Virus record (IMG/VR): IMGVR_UViG_3300050821_006672
Span: 1-64,000 of that record
Length of the DNA: 64,000 bases
DNA from: a virus
Direction: 5' to 3' (one strand)
The notes under the pieces: generated by a model
The model's input: only the letters and a program-made list of their open reading frames with translations
The model's database searches: none
What the model was told of the DNA's origin: nothing
Translations under genes and position numbers: made by a program
Part shown: piece by piece, positions 26,433 through 35,888 of the stretch
How positions within the stretch are numbered: the first letter of the stretch is position 1
How the letters are laid out: each line of letters starts with the position of its first letter

Positions 26433-27482
26433 CTAGATCAAAACATGCTGATTGCGAACGGCCCACTCCGTGTAACCCTTCGCGACCTTCAAGGAAGGAT
26501 CACGCTTGGTTGCAGACTGGGCGACGATCACTTGATATTCCTCAGGCAGACGCGCCAGGTACGTGAAGATCGGTCCTGACGTTTTGGCGGTCATTAGATT
26601 ACCCAACATCCCTGCTACGGCATACTGAACATCGGGTTGCGCCCCACTTGGCACTCGAGCTGCTTTGGGATCAGAGATGATATCGTCGATAGAGATCATA
26701 TTGGAGTAGACTCGCCAGAACGCTTCGAACTCGTCGGCCGCAGCCGGTCCGACGTAGCCCGAGAATATCTTACGGCGCATTGCGGGAGCTTCGTCGATGA
26801 ACTGGAACGCATTGGTCCAGGACCGGGCCGATGGGAACGCTGTCTCGTCCTTGCCAACCGAGAATGCCGTCTGTCCCGCGATGCCGATTGTCTCGCCCGG
26901 CATGACGTGGAACAGTGCGGGGCGGAACCGGAGGAAGGCGACACCGCGATGATCGACATGTTCCAACGCGTACTGTTCAAGCCACGATGTAAGATCGGGC
27001 TCGACGCACTGCACGTTGAAGCGATTGGCGAGCGCGGTTGACATGCGCTGGGCCGCTGCACGATCAGCGACGTTGTTGCCAGATGCCATTGCAACCCAGC
27101 CGCCAGGCATTGTCCAAGAACCAATCCGTCGCTCCTGAATGATGCCGTAGGCCGTAGCCTGCATCAGTTGACTGACCACGTTGATCTCGTCGAACAGCAT
27201 GATGCCATCAGGACCGTGCTTCTTCTCGTCGGGAAGATCATCGGGACAGAACCAACGCAGCTTGCCAGTCTTGGCATCGGGAATGCGGATGCCACCGACA
27301 TCGACTGGGTCCCGCAACGTCAGTCGAAAGTCGATGAATCCGATCTCCATGGTTTGGCATGTCTTCTCGAACAGCGAGGTCTTACCCATGCCGGGCTTGC
27401 CGAGAAGCATCAAGGGGCGGCGTTTACCGTAGTGACTTTTGATCATCGCCGCTGCGTCGAGCATTGAGATTGAGTGTGTCAT
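26433..27482 (-). CDS. MoxR-like AAA+ ATPase
   Basis: GKPGMGKT, LFDE, ASGN, ALANRF, PSARSW. Confidence 0.85.
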   Translation of the reverse strand: MTHSISMLDAAAMIKSHYGKRRPLMLLGKPGMGKTSLFEKTCQTMEIGFIDFRLTLRDPVDVGGIRIPDAKTGKLRWFCPDDLPDEKKHGPDGIMLFDEINVVSQLMQATAYGIIQERRIGSWTMPGGWVAMASGNNVADRAAAQRMSTALANRFNVQCVEPDLTSWLEQYALEHVDHRGVAFLRFRPALFHVMPGETIGIAGQTAFSVGKDETAFPSARSWTNAFQFIDEAPAMRRKIFSGYVGPAAADEFEAFWRVYSNMISIDDIISDPKAARVPSGAQPDVQYAVAGMLGNLMTAKTSGPIFTYLARLPEEYQVIVAQSATKRDPSLKVAKGYTEWAVRNQHVLI

Positions 27483-27682
27483 GTTTCTCTCCTATGATTC
27501 CGTAGTCTACCTTCCGCCTTTGCGCGTTCACGTCCACGCTGTTCGTGAGTAAATAAAGCGTGGCGTTCCTTTTCTCGCCGCGTTAGTTCTTCGCGTAGTT
27601 TGAATTTGTACGTGTCAGTAGTCGCAATTTTGATCAGGTTGCGAATTTGACGCGTACTGAGTTGTTGGAGTAACTCATTCAT
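27479..27682 (-). CDS. hypothetical protein
   Basis: Coupled ORF. Confidence 0.5.
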   Translation of the reverse strand: MNELLQQLSTRQIRNLIKIATTDTYKFKLREELTRREKERHALFTHEQRGRERAKAEGRLRNHRRET

Positions 27683-28578
27683 GACATGAACGCCGCGACA
27701 TCGGTGAGAATCTTGTCCGCAGCTTTGGCGACTGCGCCACGGACACTATCATTCTCGCGGAGCGTATCGGCGTCATTCAGACACAACTCCGATTCGATCC
27801 GCTTTGTCAGGGCGGTGAGCTTTGCATCGCCCGTCAGGTTGAAGGCCGGCAACAACGCAACCAACTCGCGCACGTTTTCGACGAGTGAATCACGGAACAG
27901 GCCCTCGGCGCGATTGTCTTCGTCGCCGGGTTTGTAAGCCTTGAGCCGCTCCGCCATATGCCCGACCAACTTGGTGATACGCTCCTTGACGTCCTGCATT
28001 GCCGAGTCTAGTGCACCCCTCATGCGCTCTTCGACGTCCTGTTGGACCATCGAGAGATGTTCTTGCGCGATATCAACGCGGAAGTCCTTCGCATCTGGAC
28101 AGGGCATGACCTTGATGTCAAAACCAAAGTGGTTCCGGATCGAGTTTGGCGAGGGGTAGTCATCCTCGTTGAACATACCGTTGAGCCGCGACTTCGCACG
28201 CTTGATGATGCCTGCGTAGTTCTTCGCGAAGGTGTCGGCCGCTGCATCGTACTCTACCTTGAGCTTTCGCATCTCATCGACGTAGCTCATGTAGAGCGCT
28301 GCCGGCAAAAGACGACTACCATCATCCAACCAGGGTTGGGTCAGCATGTAGTGACGTTGGCGGGCCGCTGTCCTGATCTGGTTGAGTTCCTTGATGTCGA
28401 TTTTGTCGACCAGGAGCTTGTTGTAGCGCCCGGCATCGGGCGTCGCATGATTGCGGCGATTGGTCTCCTCGGTGACCGATGCATCATATCGACGCGCGGT
28501 CCACATTGAGACGTTGACAGCGGCGAGGACCGCTTTCTGCGCCAGTAAATTTGGCGCGGTTGTTTTTGACTTGGACAT
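27679..28578 (-). CDS. DUF3150-like protein
   Basis: NVSMWTARRYD, YNKLL, DYPS, FNLTGD; usual neighbour of MoxR/VWA genes. Confidence 0.65.
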   Translation of the reverse strand: MSKSKTTAPNLLAQKAVLAAVNVSMWTARRYDASVTEETNRRNHATPDAGRYNKLLVDKIDIKELNQIRTAARQRHYMLTQPWLDDGSRLLPAALYMSYVDEMRKLKVEYDAAADTFAKNYAGIIKRAKSRLNGMFNEDDYPSPNSIRNHFGFDIKVMPCPDAKDFRVDIAQEHLSMVQQDVEERMRGALDSAMQDVKERITKLVGHMAERLKAYKPGDEDNRAEGLFRDSLVENVRELVALLPAFNLTGDAKLTALTKRIESELCLNDADTLRENDSVRGAVAKAADKILTDVAAFMS

Positions 28579-28579
28579 T

Positions 28580-28756
28580 TCATCCCTCCTTTGAGACCAG
28601 CCACAGGCCAAACCCCGCGTTTGAATCCGTGCCGGCGCGATCCGGTCCAGGCCCCCATCGTTTGATCATTGCCTTACGCCGCGCCTCTTTCTCGGTCGCG
28701 GCTTCGACGATGGTCACTTCATCTTTCGGGCCGTTAAAGGTCCAGGTTGGCATCAT
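28580..28756 (-). CDS. small early protein (58 aa, absent from ORF track)
   Basis: AGGAGG RBS; MMPTWTFNG... Confidence 0.5.
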   Translation of the reverse strand: MMPTWTFNGPKDEVTIVEAATEKEARRKAMIKRWGPGPDRAGTDSNAGFGLWLVSKEG

Positions 28757-28998
28757 TTCCCTCCTATGAGTTGATCGTAGTGATCCCAGCGTGACCGAGG
28801 GAGCATCGTTGCATGTCCTTCCTGGGTCACGGCGTAGACCATTTTGGTGATGTCATTTCCGGCCGCGGTCTTGGCTTCCCACCATGACAAGCAATACTGC
28901 TTTACGCGGGTGCTCGGCGTGTGCCCTGAAACGACGGTGAAGTAGGACGCGCTCTTGACGATCGCGTCCTCCCATTCTTCCTGTGTGGGGACTGTCAT
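28753..28998 (-). CDS. hypothetical protein
   Basis: Coupled ORF. Confidence 0.5.
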   Translation of the reverse strand: MTVPTQEEWEDAIVKSASYFTVVSGHTPSTRVKQYCLSWWEAKTAAGNDITKMVYAVTQEGHATMLPRSRWDHYDQLIGGK

Positions 28999-29141
28999 AC
29001 TCGTCTGCCGTGCCAGATGATCTTGATCCACAGTATTGCGTAGCGATTGCCACGTGCTGCGTCGAGGATCATTTCAGCGGCTTTGAAAGGTGGGTGTCCA
29101 GCCGCTTTGAGCATGGCGTAGATTCTCGGATATCGTCTCAT
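28995..29141 (-). CDS. small early protein (48 aa, absent from ORF track)
   Basis: MRRYPRIYAMLKAAG...; ATGA overlaps at both ends. Confidence 0.5.
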   Translation of the reverse strand: MRRYPRIYAMLKAAGHPPFKAAEMILDAARGNRYAILWIKIIWHGRRV

Positions 29142-29959
29142 TTCTTCTCCCCGATCGTGATGAATTTGTGCTCGGTGTCGTACCGAAGCAGGAAAGGACC
29201 GCGAGGCCCCGCCTTCTTTAGGTACTCGGCGACCGTCATCTTCGGCTTGTACATTGCGAAGAGATCGTAGGCAGCCGAACCGGGCTGCTTGGGATTCTTC
29301 TCGCTGACGACCGTGATGACGTGCTCGGGAGGGAAGTGCTTCCCGCGCTTGCGTCCCTTTTCCTTTGGAGCTGGTGCTTCGTCGTGCGCCTTGCCGTTTG
29401 CAACTGGCTTACGCTTTTCTTGCTGAGCGCGGAGAATCTCGCGCCCGGCCGGCTCGATGTTCTTGGGAAGGCTGAAGTCACGCACCTCGTTACGTTCCTC
29501 CTTACCGAGCGCCTTGCGTTGGTTCTCTTCCAGCTTGGCTTTCTGCTCCGGTGTCAGTGGCTTGCGGTTTTCGACTTTGAGAAAGCCGGGAATGCCGTTG
29601 TCGACGGGCTGTAGGTGCTTGTTAAGGCAGTTTACCATCTGGCCCCAAGGTGCCGGCTTGTCCCATTTGACCTCAGAGACAGTAGGACCGACAACTAGCA
29701 CCGTCCCGTGAATGTCGGGGCGCAGGACGCCATCCACTTGATCGTGAATGTTGTGGACCCGATCCTTGACGTTGGGCTGGTATGCGGGCTGGTCGAGTTT
29801 ATTCCACTGATATCGCGTGACGGTCTTCTGTCCCGAGGTTGTCAGTATCTTCTCCAATTCGAAATCGGCGCCTTCCTTGGCGTCGGCTCCGAGCGTGGCG
29901 AGTGCGGCTTTGATTGCGCGGTCGCGCTTGTCGAACGTCTTGGGTTGAGTTGCTAGCAT
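29138..29959 (-). CDS. hypothetical early protein
   Basis: ATAGGAGAG RBS; C-terminal KNPKQPGSAAYDLF domain. Confidence 0.6.
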   Translation of the reverse strand: MLATQPKTFDKRDRAIKAALATLGADAKEGADFELEKILTTSGQKTVTRYQWNKLDQPAYQPNVKDRVHNIHDQVDGVLRPDIHGTVLVVGPTVSEVKWDKPAPWGQMVNCLNKHLQPVDNGIPGFLKVENRKPLTPEQKAKLEENQRKALGKEERNEVRDFSLPKNIEPAGREILRAQQEKRKPVANGKAHDEAPAPKEKGRKRGKHFPPEHVITVVSEKNPKQPGSAAYDLFAMYKPKMTVAEYLKKAGPRGPFLLRYDTEHKFITIGEKK

Positions 29960-30138
29960 GTTTGTCTCTCCTATGCAGAGCGCGTTTCTGATCGCTCCCA
30001 ATAACGCCGGGATTAGCCGGCGCTACCAGCAACGAGTTCAGCTTACTTTTATGATGACACGATCTTGCCGAGATATTCCTCTCCTATGTTCCGCATGAAG
30101 CGGCTGGGACCCTCTCTTGCGAAAGGGTCCGGGTCGCG

Positions 30139-30333
30139 TCAGGTTTTCGCGTTCTCGCGTTCATTCATTTCGTCGCGTAGGTCGTTTGCTGATTTAAGCG
30201 CTGCCGTAGCTGTGATCTTTGCTTTTTTATCAACGTTGAAGTACCTGAACACTGCGCCGGCATCATAGCGAACGTAATAGCCATAAATGCGTCTGCCGCT
30301 TGCGTCAGCAGTTACATAGAAGCGCTTTTCCAT
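30139..30333 (-). CDS. hypothetical early protein
   Basis: GGAGG RBS. Confidence 0.55.
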   Translation of the reverse strand: MEKRFYVTADASGRRIYGYYVRYDAGAVFRYFNVDKKAKITATAALKSANDLRDEMNERENAKT

Positions 30334-30345
30334 AGCTAGCCTCCC

Positions 30346-30831
30346 TTAGGCTCGGCTCAGGTAAGCCGTCGTAGCAGCCCGTGTAATCAGGTAGATCAGT
30401 GCGGGAATAACTGCGCCGAGCACCGCGGCGGGGTAGACCATCCAGCCCGTCGCCTGGCAAGCAAATGCCAGCGCATTCATTACCGCCGAACCGGCCAGCG
30501 TGCCGACGATAGCGGGTCTGGCGTGCTTGGATATCTTGCGGCGAATGACCTCGCTCACCGCGGTAACTAACAGCAGTTCCAGGGAAATGAAGCCCAGGTC
30601 GATGCCGACTGCCATCGCCCAGCTTTCCCAGATGGGGCACTCGGTCATAAGCTTGATGCCCGTCGCGAGATGGTGCAGCGACAACGCAGTCAGCGTTGCC
30701 GCTACCAGCCCAGCTGTGACCGCCATCGTCGCCTGCCGCCGTACCGCCTTGGTCGCCCGGGCAACTGCCCGATGCTTGCGGGCCTGCGAGTTAGTGCGAG
30801 GCAAGTTCACCACGTTTGCCGTCATAGTCAT
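30346..30831 (-). CDS. multi-pass membrane protein
   Basis: About 4 hydrophobic helices; AGGAG RBS. Confidence 0.65.
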   Translation of the reverse strand: MTMTANVVNLPRTNSQARKHRAVARATKAVRRQATMAVTAGLVAATLTALSLHHLATGIKLMTECPIWESWAMAVGIDLGFISLELLLVTAVSEVIRRKISKHARPAIVGTLAGSAVMNALAFACQATGWMVYPAAVLGAVIPALIYLITRAATTAYLSRA

Positions 30832-30891
30832 GTTCTCTCTCCTATAGGGCATTGACGCCCGATATGCGGCCCGTAAGCGGCACGTCGCGGG

Positions 30892-31128
30892 TCAAGACGG
30901 ATGCTTAATACGGACCACGCGGAGTGTAACTGCCGTCTCTTGGCCCAAGGGCGTCATTACCCGCAAGTGCTCAGAAGCTATGAACTCCAGGTCATCAAGA
31001 CTGCGAATATCGACGCATCCGCTATGTCCGTTGTTCACAAACACGCGGTAATTCGGGGGCAAGTCCTTGGTCTTGTCGGCTTGCGCTTCTGCAGAAATGG
31101 CGCGAATAAGCGATCCGGTATGCTTCAT
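30892..31128 (-). CDS. hypothetical early protein
   Basis: AGGAG RBS. Confidence 0.5.
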   Translation of the reverse strand: MKHTGSLIRAISAEAQADKTKDLPPNYRVFVNNGHSGCVDIRSLDDLEFIASEHLRVMTPLGQETAVTLRVVRIKHPS

Positions 31129-31467
31129 TTTCCTTCTCCTATAGCCTGTCATCTTTCAGGACTGCGCGGGCTAATGCGCAATCGACGGGCGGCAACTTTA
31201 GCCGCTCCGTTTCGACTTTTTCATCTAGAAGCTTGCGCCTCACTAACCATCCCCCGGCGCGCCCACATCCCCGGATTATCTTTCCGGCGGTCATCGCCTT
31301 TGTGGAGGACTATGCCGATGCCTACCCGGCTTGGCGTTACCTCGGGGCGGATGGCTGGCTCTTGGCTTCAGGCCATGTCCCCTCGGGCTCTCCCGCTTCG
31401 ACCCCCAGGTCGTTGGCCTCGGGCCGTTCTGATTTCCCCGATCCCATCTCCCCGTTCCAATGATCAG

Positions 31468-31496
31468 AGTGTAGTCATAAATCATACATATGACAA
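31468..31496 (-). promoter_or_regulatory. strong sigma-70-type early promoter
   Basis: TTGTCA-17 bp-TACACT with A-rich UP-like tracts at 31500-31540. Confidence 0.7.
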
Positions 31497-31634
31497 CTGA
31501 TTTGTTGCTTTTTTCTGACTTTTTCTTACTTATTTTTAGTTATCCCCAGGGAAAAGTAGTCATTGGCTAGTCTACGCGACTAGATGACTAGGGAATTACT
31601 CTGTTGTAGGGTTAGGTTCCTACTTGCGTAGGGA

Positions 31635-33182
31635 TTACTTCCTACCACGTAGAATGGACTTGAGCAGGTCTTCACCGGCCGATAACGCATTGAAGATACG
31701 CTGGTCATAAGTGCCGGCTACTACCAAGTCGTAAATGAATACGCGATCGTGCTGCGAGCCCTGGCGTTCGACGCGTCTACGTGTCTGCTTGCGCATGGAC
31801 GGTGTCACAGGGGATTCGTAAAATATCCCGTACTTGGAAATCTGAATGTTGAGGCCCAACCCCGAGTTGTTCTGCAACAGCATCACGCGACAGGACTGAT
31901 CATTGGCAAAGCGTTTGCGCATCTTGTCATGATCTTTGGTCTTGCCGTAGATGCGTACATGATTGATGCTGCGCTCCGACAATTCACGAGATATCATGTC
32001 GGCCGAGTAGTTGAATTCGTAGAACACGATGATCTTGTGCTCGGGACGAATGCTCTCGATGAGACTCAGCAACATGTCAAGCTTTGGGTGATCCTCGAAC
32101 TCGAACTGTGCTTTGGTGCCTTCATCGTCATCGTAATAACCCAGGTAGCCGGATGAAATCTGTCTCATGCGGAGAAATGCATTCTTCATCAAACGATAGT
32201 CGCCACGCGCATTGAGCAACGCCTGTTCCGTGCGTTCAGCGTAAACGAGAGCATCAACAGGAAGCTTGATTGCTTTCTTGATTTCTACGACTTTGGGCAA
32301 GTCGGCGGCGTTTGCTTCATAGCCCAGGCTACGATTAGCCAGCATGCGATTGAGAGTACCATTCATCTTCTCTTTGAATGTGTAGTCAATTCCTCCCCAG
32401 TAATTGGGTTTGCTAACAAAGAACGTCTCGCGGAATAGTCCTAGGGTCTTCCCTAGTGTCTTGCCCTGATCCACTAGGTACATCTGCGACCAGAGATCAA
32501 TGGGATCGTCAAATGGGGTACCTGAGAGCGCGAAGACGATCTCGGCCTTCTTTGATATTTGTCGACAGATACGAAAAGGCAGCTTCCCACGGGTCTTCAC
32601 CATGGTGGAGGCTTCTTCAAGGATGAGACCGTTCACGACCGAAAGAAGCTCTTTCAACTTGCCCTTGTCGGGAATGAGTCCATTCCTGTCTTTTTTATTC
32701 TTGCGTTTGATTACTCCTAACGTGCAGACCATGTGGAGCAGACCAGCGTAGGTCGTAATGGCAATCATGTAATTGCCATCCAGCAGCGCACGCCACTTCT
32801 CTTTTGACGATCCTTCCAGAATGCAGTAAGTGGTTTTTGGGGAATGCTTCTCGATCTCGAGTGCCCACTCGGTCACAACGGACTTTGTGGGAGCAAGGAC
32901 CAACGCACACTTGAGTGTCTTCAGCTTTTTGAAATATCGAACCAACGCTACAGACAAAAGCGTCTTGCCGGTACCCGTGTCACACATGTAGTATAAGCGT
33001 TTGAGTTTCGCGCCAGCGATGAAACACACTTTCTGGTGATGGTACAGCTTGAACCAGATTGGAGGCTGTACGGGCAGCCGATCCATTCGATTGTCGAGCT
33101 GCTCGTCGGAAAGGGCTTTGTATGCATTGCAATCGCGCAGAGGCCTTTGTAGGAACGTTTTGATTGTTCTGCGGGGGATCAT
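31635..33182 (-). CDS. SNF2-like superfamily 2 helicase
   Basis: YHHQ, DTGTGKT, LSGTP, LWSQ, GLGLN; atypical motif II (LEEAS). Confidence 0.85.
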   Translation of the reverse strand: MIPRRTIKTFLQRPLRDCNAYKALSDEQLDNRMDRLPVQPPIWFKLYHHQKVCFIAGAKLKRLYYMCDTGTGKTLLSVALVRYFKKLKTLKCALVLAPTKSVVTEWALEIEKHSPKTTYCILEGSSKEKWRALLDGNYMIAITTYAGLLHMVCTLGVIKRKNKKDRNGLIPDKGKLKELLSVVNGLILEEASTMVKTRGKLPFRICRQISKKAEIVFALSGTPFDDPIDLWSQMYLVDQGKTLGKTLGLFRETFFVSKPNYWGGIDYTFKEKMNGTLNRMLANRSLGYEANAADLPKVVEIKKAIKLPVDALVYAERTEQALLNARGDYRLMKNAFLRMRQISSGYLGYYDDDEGTKAQFEFEDHPKLDMLLSLIESIRPEHKIIVFYEFNYSADMISRELSERSINHVRIYGKTKDHDKMRKRFANDQSCRVMLLQNNSGLGLNIQISKYGIFYESPVTPSMRKQTRRRVERQGSQHDRVFIYDLVVAGTYDQRIFNALSAGEDLLKSILRGRK

Positions 33183-33206
33183 AGGCCTGGAATGGCAAAA
33201 CCGTGT

Positions 33207-33383
33207 CTACGAGCGTCCTTCGCGGGAATTAGGGCGCCGCAATGTCTGTACAATCCTATCTCGCTCCCATAAATTCAATCCGAGAAGAAAACCTCGATAG
33301 TCTTTCCCGGCAATTTCGTGTCGATAGGGTATCGCTTCCAACTTGGTTGCTAGTTCTTCATCTTTTGGGTCTGTTGCTGTCAT
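33207..33383 (-). CDS. hypothetical protein
   Basis: GAGGAGG RBS; short ORF. Confidence 0.4.
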   Translation of the reverse strand: MTATDPKDEELATKLEAIPYRHEIAGKDYRGFLLGLNLWERDRIVQTLRRPNSREGRS

Positions 33384-34824
33384 AGTCATCCTCCTCGTCT
33401 TCGTCGCCACCACTCCCCTTCATATCCTTTAGGAAGTCGAAGTATTTGGGCTCCAAAAGCATCGAGTCAATACAGAATTGTCCAACCTTGTAGTTCTGCG
33501 TAATCAGCACACCAAAGTGATCTTCTTCCGATCGGGCCTTGGCGATGTACATCCTGGCCAGCCCACGTTTGCGTTCTTCATCTGTACATGAATACACGGC
33601 AACCTGATCGGCGCTGTTGGTCAAGGCCCACGCCTCTGAGATTTGCGTCATTGACACCGTAGTTGATAATGCACTGATTCGTCCTGTCTGCTGCGCTGTG
33701 ATACCTGCGACGTTACGTTCTTCACAGAGCCCTTTGAACTCTTCTCCAATACGTCCCAGTGAGTTCGTGTGATCACGTGGGTCGGTCCGGGTTACGCCTA
33801 TATAATCCAAAAGAAGCATGTCCGGGATGAAATGTTCGACGACCTCGAGATGATCCAGGTAAGCCCGCAATCCATTCATGGTCAGCGAACGCATCGGAAA
33901 CTTGCGAATGATGATGTTGTCAAAGCGCGTACCGACATGGCTGATACGTGTTTGCAACTCATCCGAGATCGTCGGGTCCTCCCACGCAAAGTCGGGTTCG
34001 ATGATCTCTTGTTCAGCGCTTTCGAAGCGTCCCAGTTTGTCCACGTTGAGTGTCGTCGATAGAAACTCTTTCTCCTGGCGTTTTGGCATCGAGAACAAAC
34101 GTTGGTAGTAGCGTTGCGCGACTTCATCTTCGGTGAGTTCAAGAGTAATGTGCGCGATCTTCTTGCGTTGGAGGAATGCACGAGCACCCTGATCGATTAA
34201 GTACCAGCTTTTGCCAAATCCCGTAGGCGCCAGAAACAACGTGACGGCTCCGCGTGCCGGTACGAAGCGCCTTCTGTCGAACTGTTCAATGCCTGAAATG
34301 AATTCGACCTGGCGGTTCTGTAGGTTCTCAATGACGCGTTCGTAGTTGCTCAGGTGTAGTCCGGGTTTGAAGTCAATCTCGCGGGTGTGAAGAATATCAT
34401 TCCAGATTTCCTCGACCTCGGCGATTGCCAACTCGTTGTTGGATTCGAGGCGCTGGGCCGAGCGCAATACCGCGTCTTTCAACCGTTGCGTGCGATGAAA
34501 AGAACTGAGCTTGTTTACGACGTATTCCCCGTTGATGCTCTCGGATAACTCCAGCATTGCAACGAGGATGTTGTTATAAGTCTGCGCCTTTCGGTTGTTG
34601 GGATCATCGATGATATCGGCAACGAGGTCCTGCGTGTGCTGTTTGGGTGCCTTACTGTGCTGGCGCCAGTAATCGATACAGCGTTCTACAATGATACGTA
34701 GTTCGCCCTCGAACAACTGGGGCTCGATCAGATTGACAACAATTTTTCCATAGATGTCGTTATGCGCAATGACTGTCGCCAGGTTCTCCTGCAACGTCCT
34801 TGTCAGGAGTTTCTTATCTGCCAT
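33358..34824 (-). CDS. DnaB-like replicative helicase
   Basis: APTGFGKS, ITLE, LLLDY, TAQQ, IAKAR. Confidence 0.85.
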   Translation of the reverse strand: MADKKLLTRTLQENLATVIAHNDIYGKIVVNLIEPQLFEGELRIIVERCIDYWRQHSKAPKQHTQDLVADIIDDPNNRKAQTYNNILVAMLELSESINGEYVVNKLSSFHRTQRLKDAVLRSAQRLESNNELAIAEVEEIWNDILHTREIDFKPGLHLSNYERVIENLQNRQVEFISGIEQFDRRRFVPARGAVTLFLAPTGFGKSWYLIDQGARAFLQRKKIAHITLELTEDEVAQRYYQRLFSMPKRQEKEFLSTTLNVDKLGRFESAEQEIIEPDFAWEDPTISDELQTRISHVGTRFDNIIIRKFPMRSLTMNGLRAYLDHLEVVEHFIPDMLLLDYIGVTRTDPRDHTNSLGRIGEEFKGLCEERNVAGITAQQTGRISALSTTVSMTQISEAWALTNSADQVAVYSCTDEERKRGLARMYIAKARSEEDHFGVLITQNYKVGQFCIDSMLLEPKYFDFLKDMKGSGGDEDEEDDYDSNRPKR

Positions 34825-34825
34825 A

Positions 34826-35494
34826 TCAATCTGTACTTTCCCACGCCGCTATGCAAACAGGCGTAACGCCTCTTGCCAGTTCCTTCATGGCGTCAGCGTA
34901 AACCCTTATTTCATACTGTGCATGGGTGTCACAGCGCAGAGTTAAAAATCGAAGTAGATTGAGTAGATTCACCGTTGCAAACATATGAGAGTAGGTCGCA
35001 ACCGGCAATACCGACCGCGCTAGTTCGCGGGGAACATCCTGCGCCAAAAGAGAACGATACGCTGCAAATGCCGCACGGCAACTGTGATCGATCATGGATG
35101 GGACTAACATGTCGCGTTCAGTAGACAAGTCACGACCTTGTTTGTTCGATTTCGACTGTGATCCAATATGTTCAGGCCTTGGTACGTAGAACACCTCAGG
35201 CAATTCTTTGTATCTAGCACTCAACTCGTTGTAACTGAAAGTTCTGTGGCGATGCCACTGCCGAAAGACAAAGATCGGAGCCATTACCTCGAACGTAAAC
35301 GTCACTGCTTCGAACGGTGTAGTGTGCTTGTGTTTCCACAAGTAGTTGATCAGGCGTGTATCAGATTTCTCATCCTCACCTGCGCGCCACGCAGCATCGT
35401 AAGACACGCGCGCAGCCCGCACTACTGACAGGTCGGAACCCATACTATCGACAAGTCGTACAAAACCGTGATCTAGCACGTCAATTTTTTGCAT
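34826..35494 (-). CDS. thyX: FAD-dependent thymidylate synthase
   Basis: AARVSY, HTTPFE, RQWHRHRTFSYNELSARY, ARSVLP, HAQYEIR. Confidence 0.95.
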   Translation of the reverse strand: MQKIDVLDHGFVRLVDSMGSDLSVVRAARVSYDAAWRAGEDEKSDTRLINYLWKHKHTTPFEAVTFTFEVMAPIFVFRQWHRHRTFSYNELSARYKELPEVFYVPRPEHIGSQSKSNKQGRDLSTERDMLVPSMIDHSCRAAFAAYRSLLAQDVPRELARSVLPVATYSHMFATVNLLNLLRFLTLRCDTHAQYEIRVYADAMKELARGVTPVCIAAWESTD

Positions 35495-35718
35495 TGTTGC
35501 TCTCCAAGTTGGAAATCTCGCGGTTAAGATACCATCTCGCCTTTTTCAGGTCCTCAAGTGCCGAATCTTTCTTTCCGGCTCGGCAGATGTACTTGACACA
35601 GTTCCCAAGCGGGAAATTAAGACCCCACGCCTCGATAACCTTGATCGCTTCGTAAAGGTTGTCGGCACCGCCGTAGTTGTGGAGGATGGTTGATCTTTTC
35701 AGATGGGCTGTCTGCCAT
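35481..35718 (-). pseudogene. DUF3310-like gene with a +1 frameshift
   Basis: INHPP then, after a frameshift, YGG...GNCVKYICRAGKK..LEDLKKARWYL; length 238 nt = 3n+1. Confidence 0.7.
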
Positions 35719-35723
35719 AGCGT

Positions 35724-35888
35724 TTATTCTCTAAACGCCATCTGGAACTGCTCGCGTACTAGCCTTGTAGTTTCGTACACGACACGTTGTGCCTCTGTCA
35801 GCATCTCACGGTCACCCGCTTGCATACTCATAGTCGCGGGGGCGAACTGATGGAGTACGGCAAGAGCCTCGGGGAGAGTCAGTGTCAT
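35724..35888 (-). CDS. hypothetical protein
   Basis: AGGAG RBS, coupled start. Confidence 0.45.
   Translation of the reverse strand: MTLTLPEALAVLHQFAPATMSMQAGDREMLTEAQRVVYETTRLVREQFQMAFRE

Noticed and set aside
27485-31145. Recurring CTCCTAT motif
   Set aside because: Mostly the reverse complement of a strong Shine-Dalgarno (ATAGGAG) before early genes.
30901-31500. 199-aa + strand ORF over the early leader
   Set aside because: Opposes the promoter and operon direction, no RBS or motifs; probably a GC-rich artefact.
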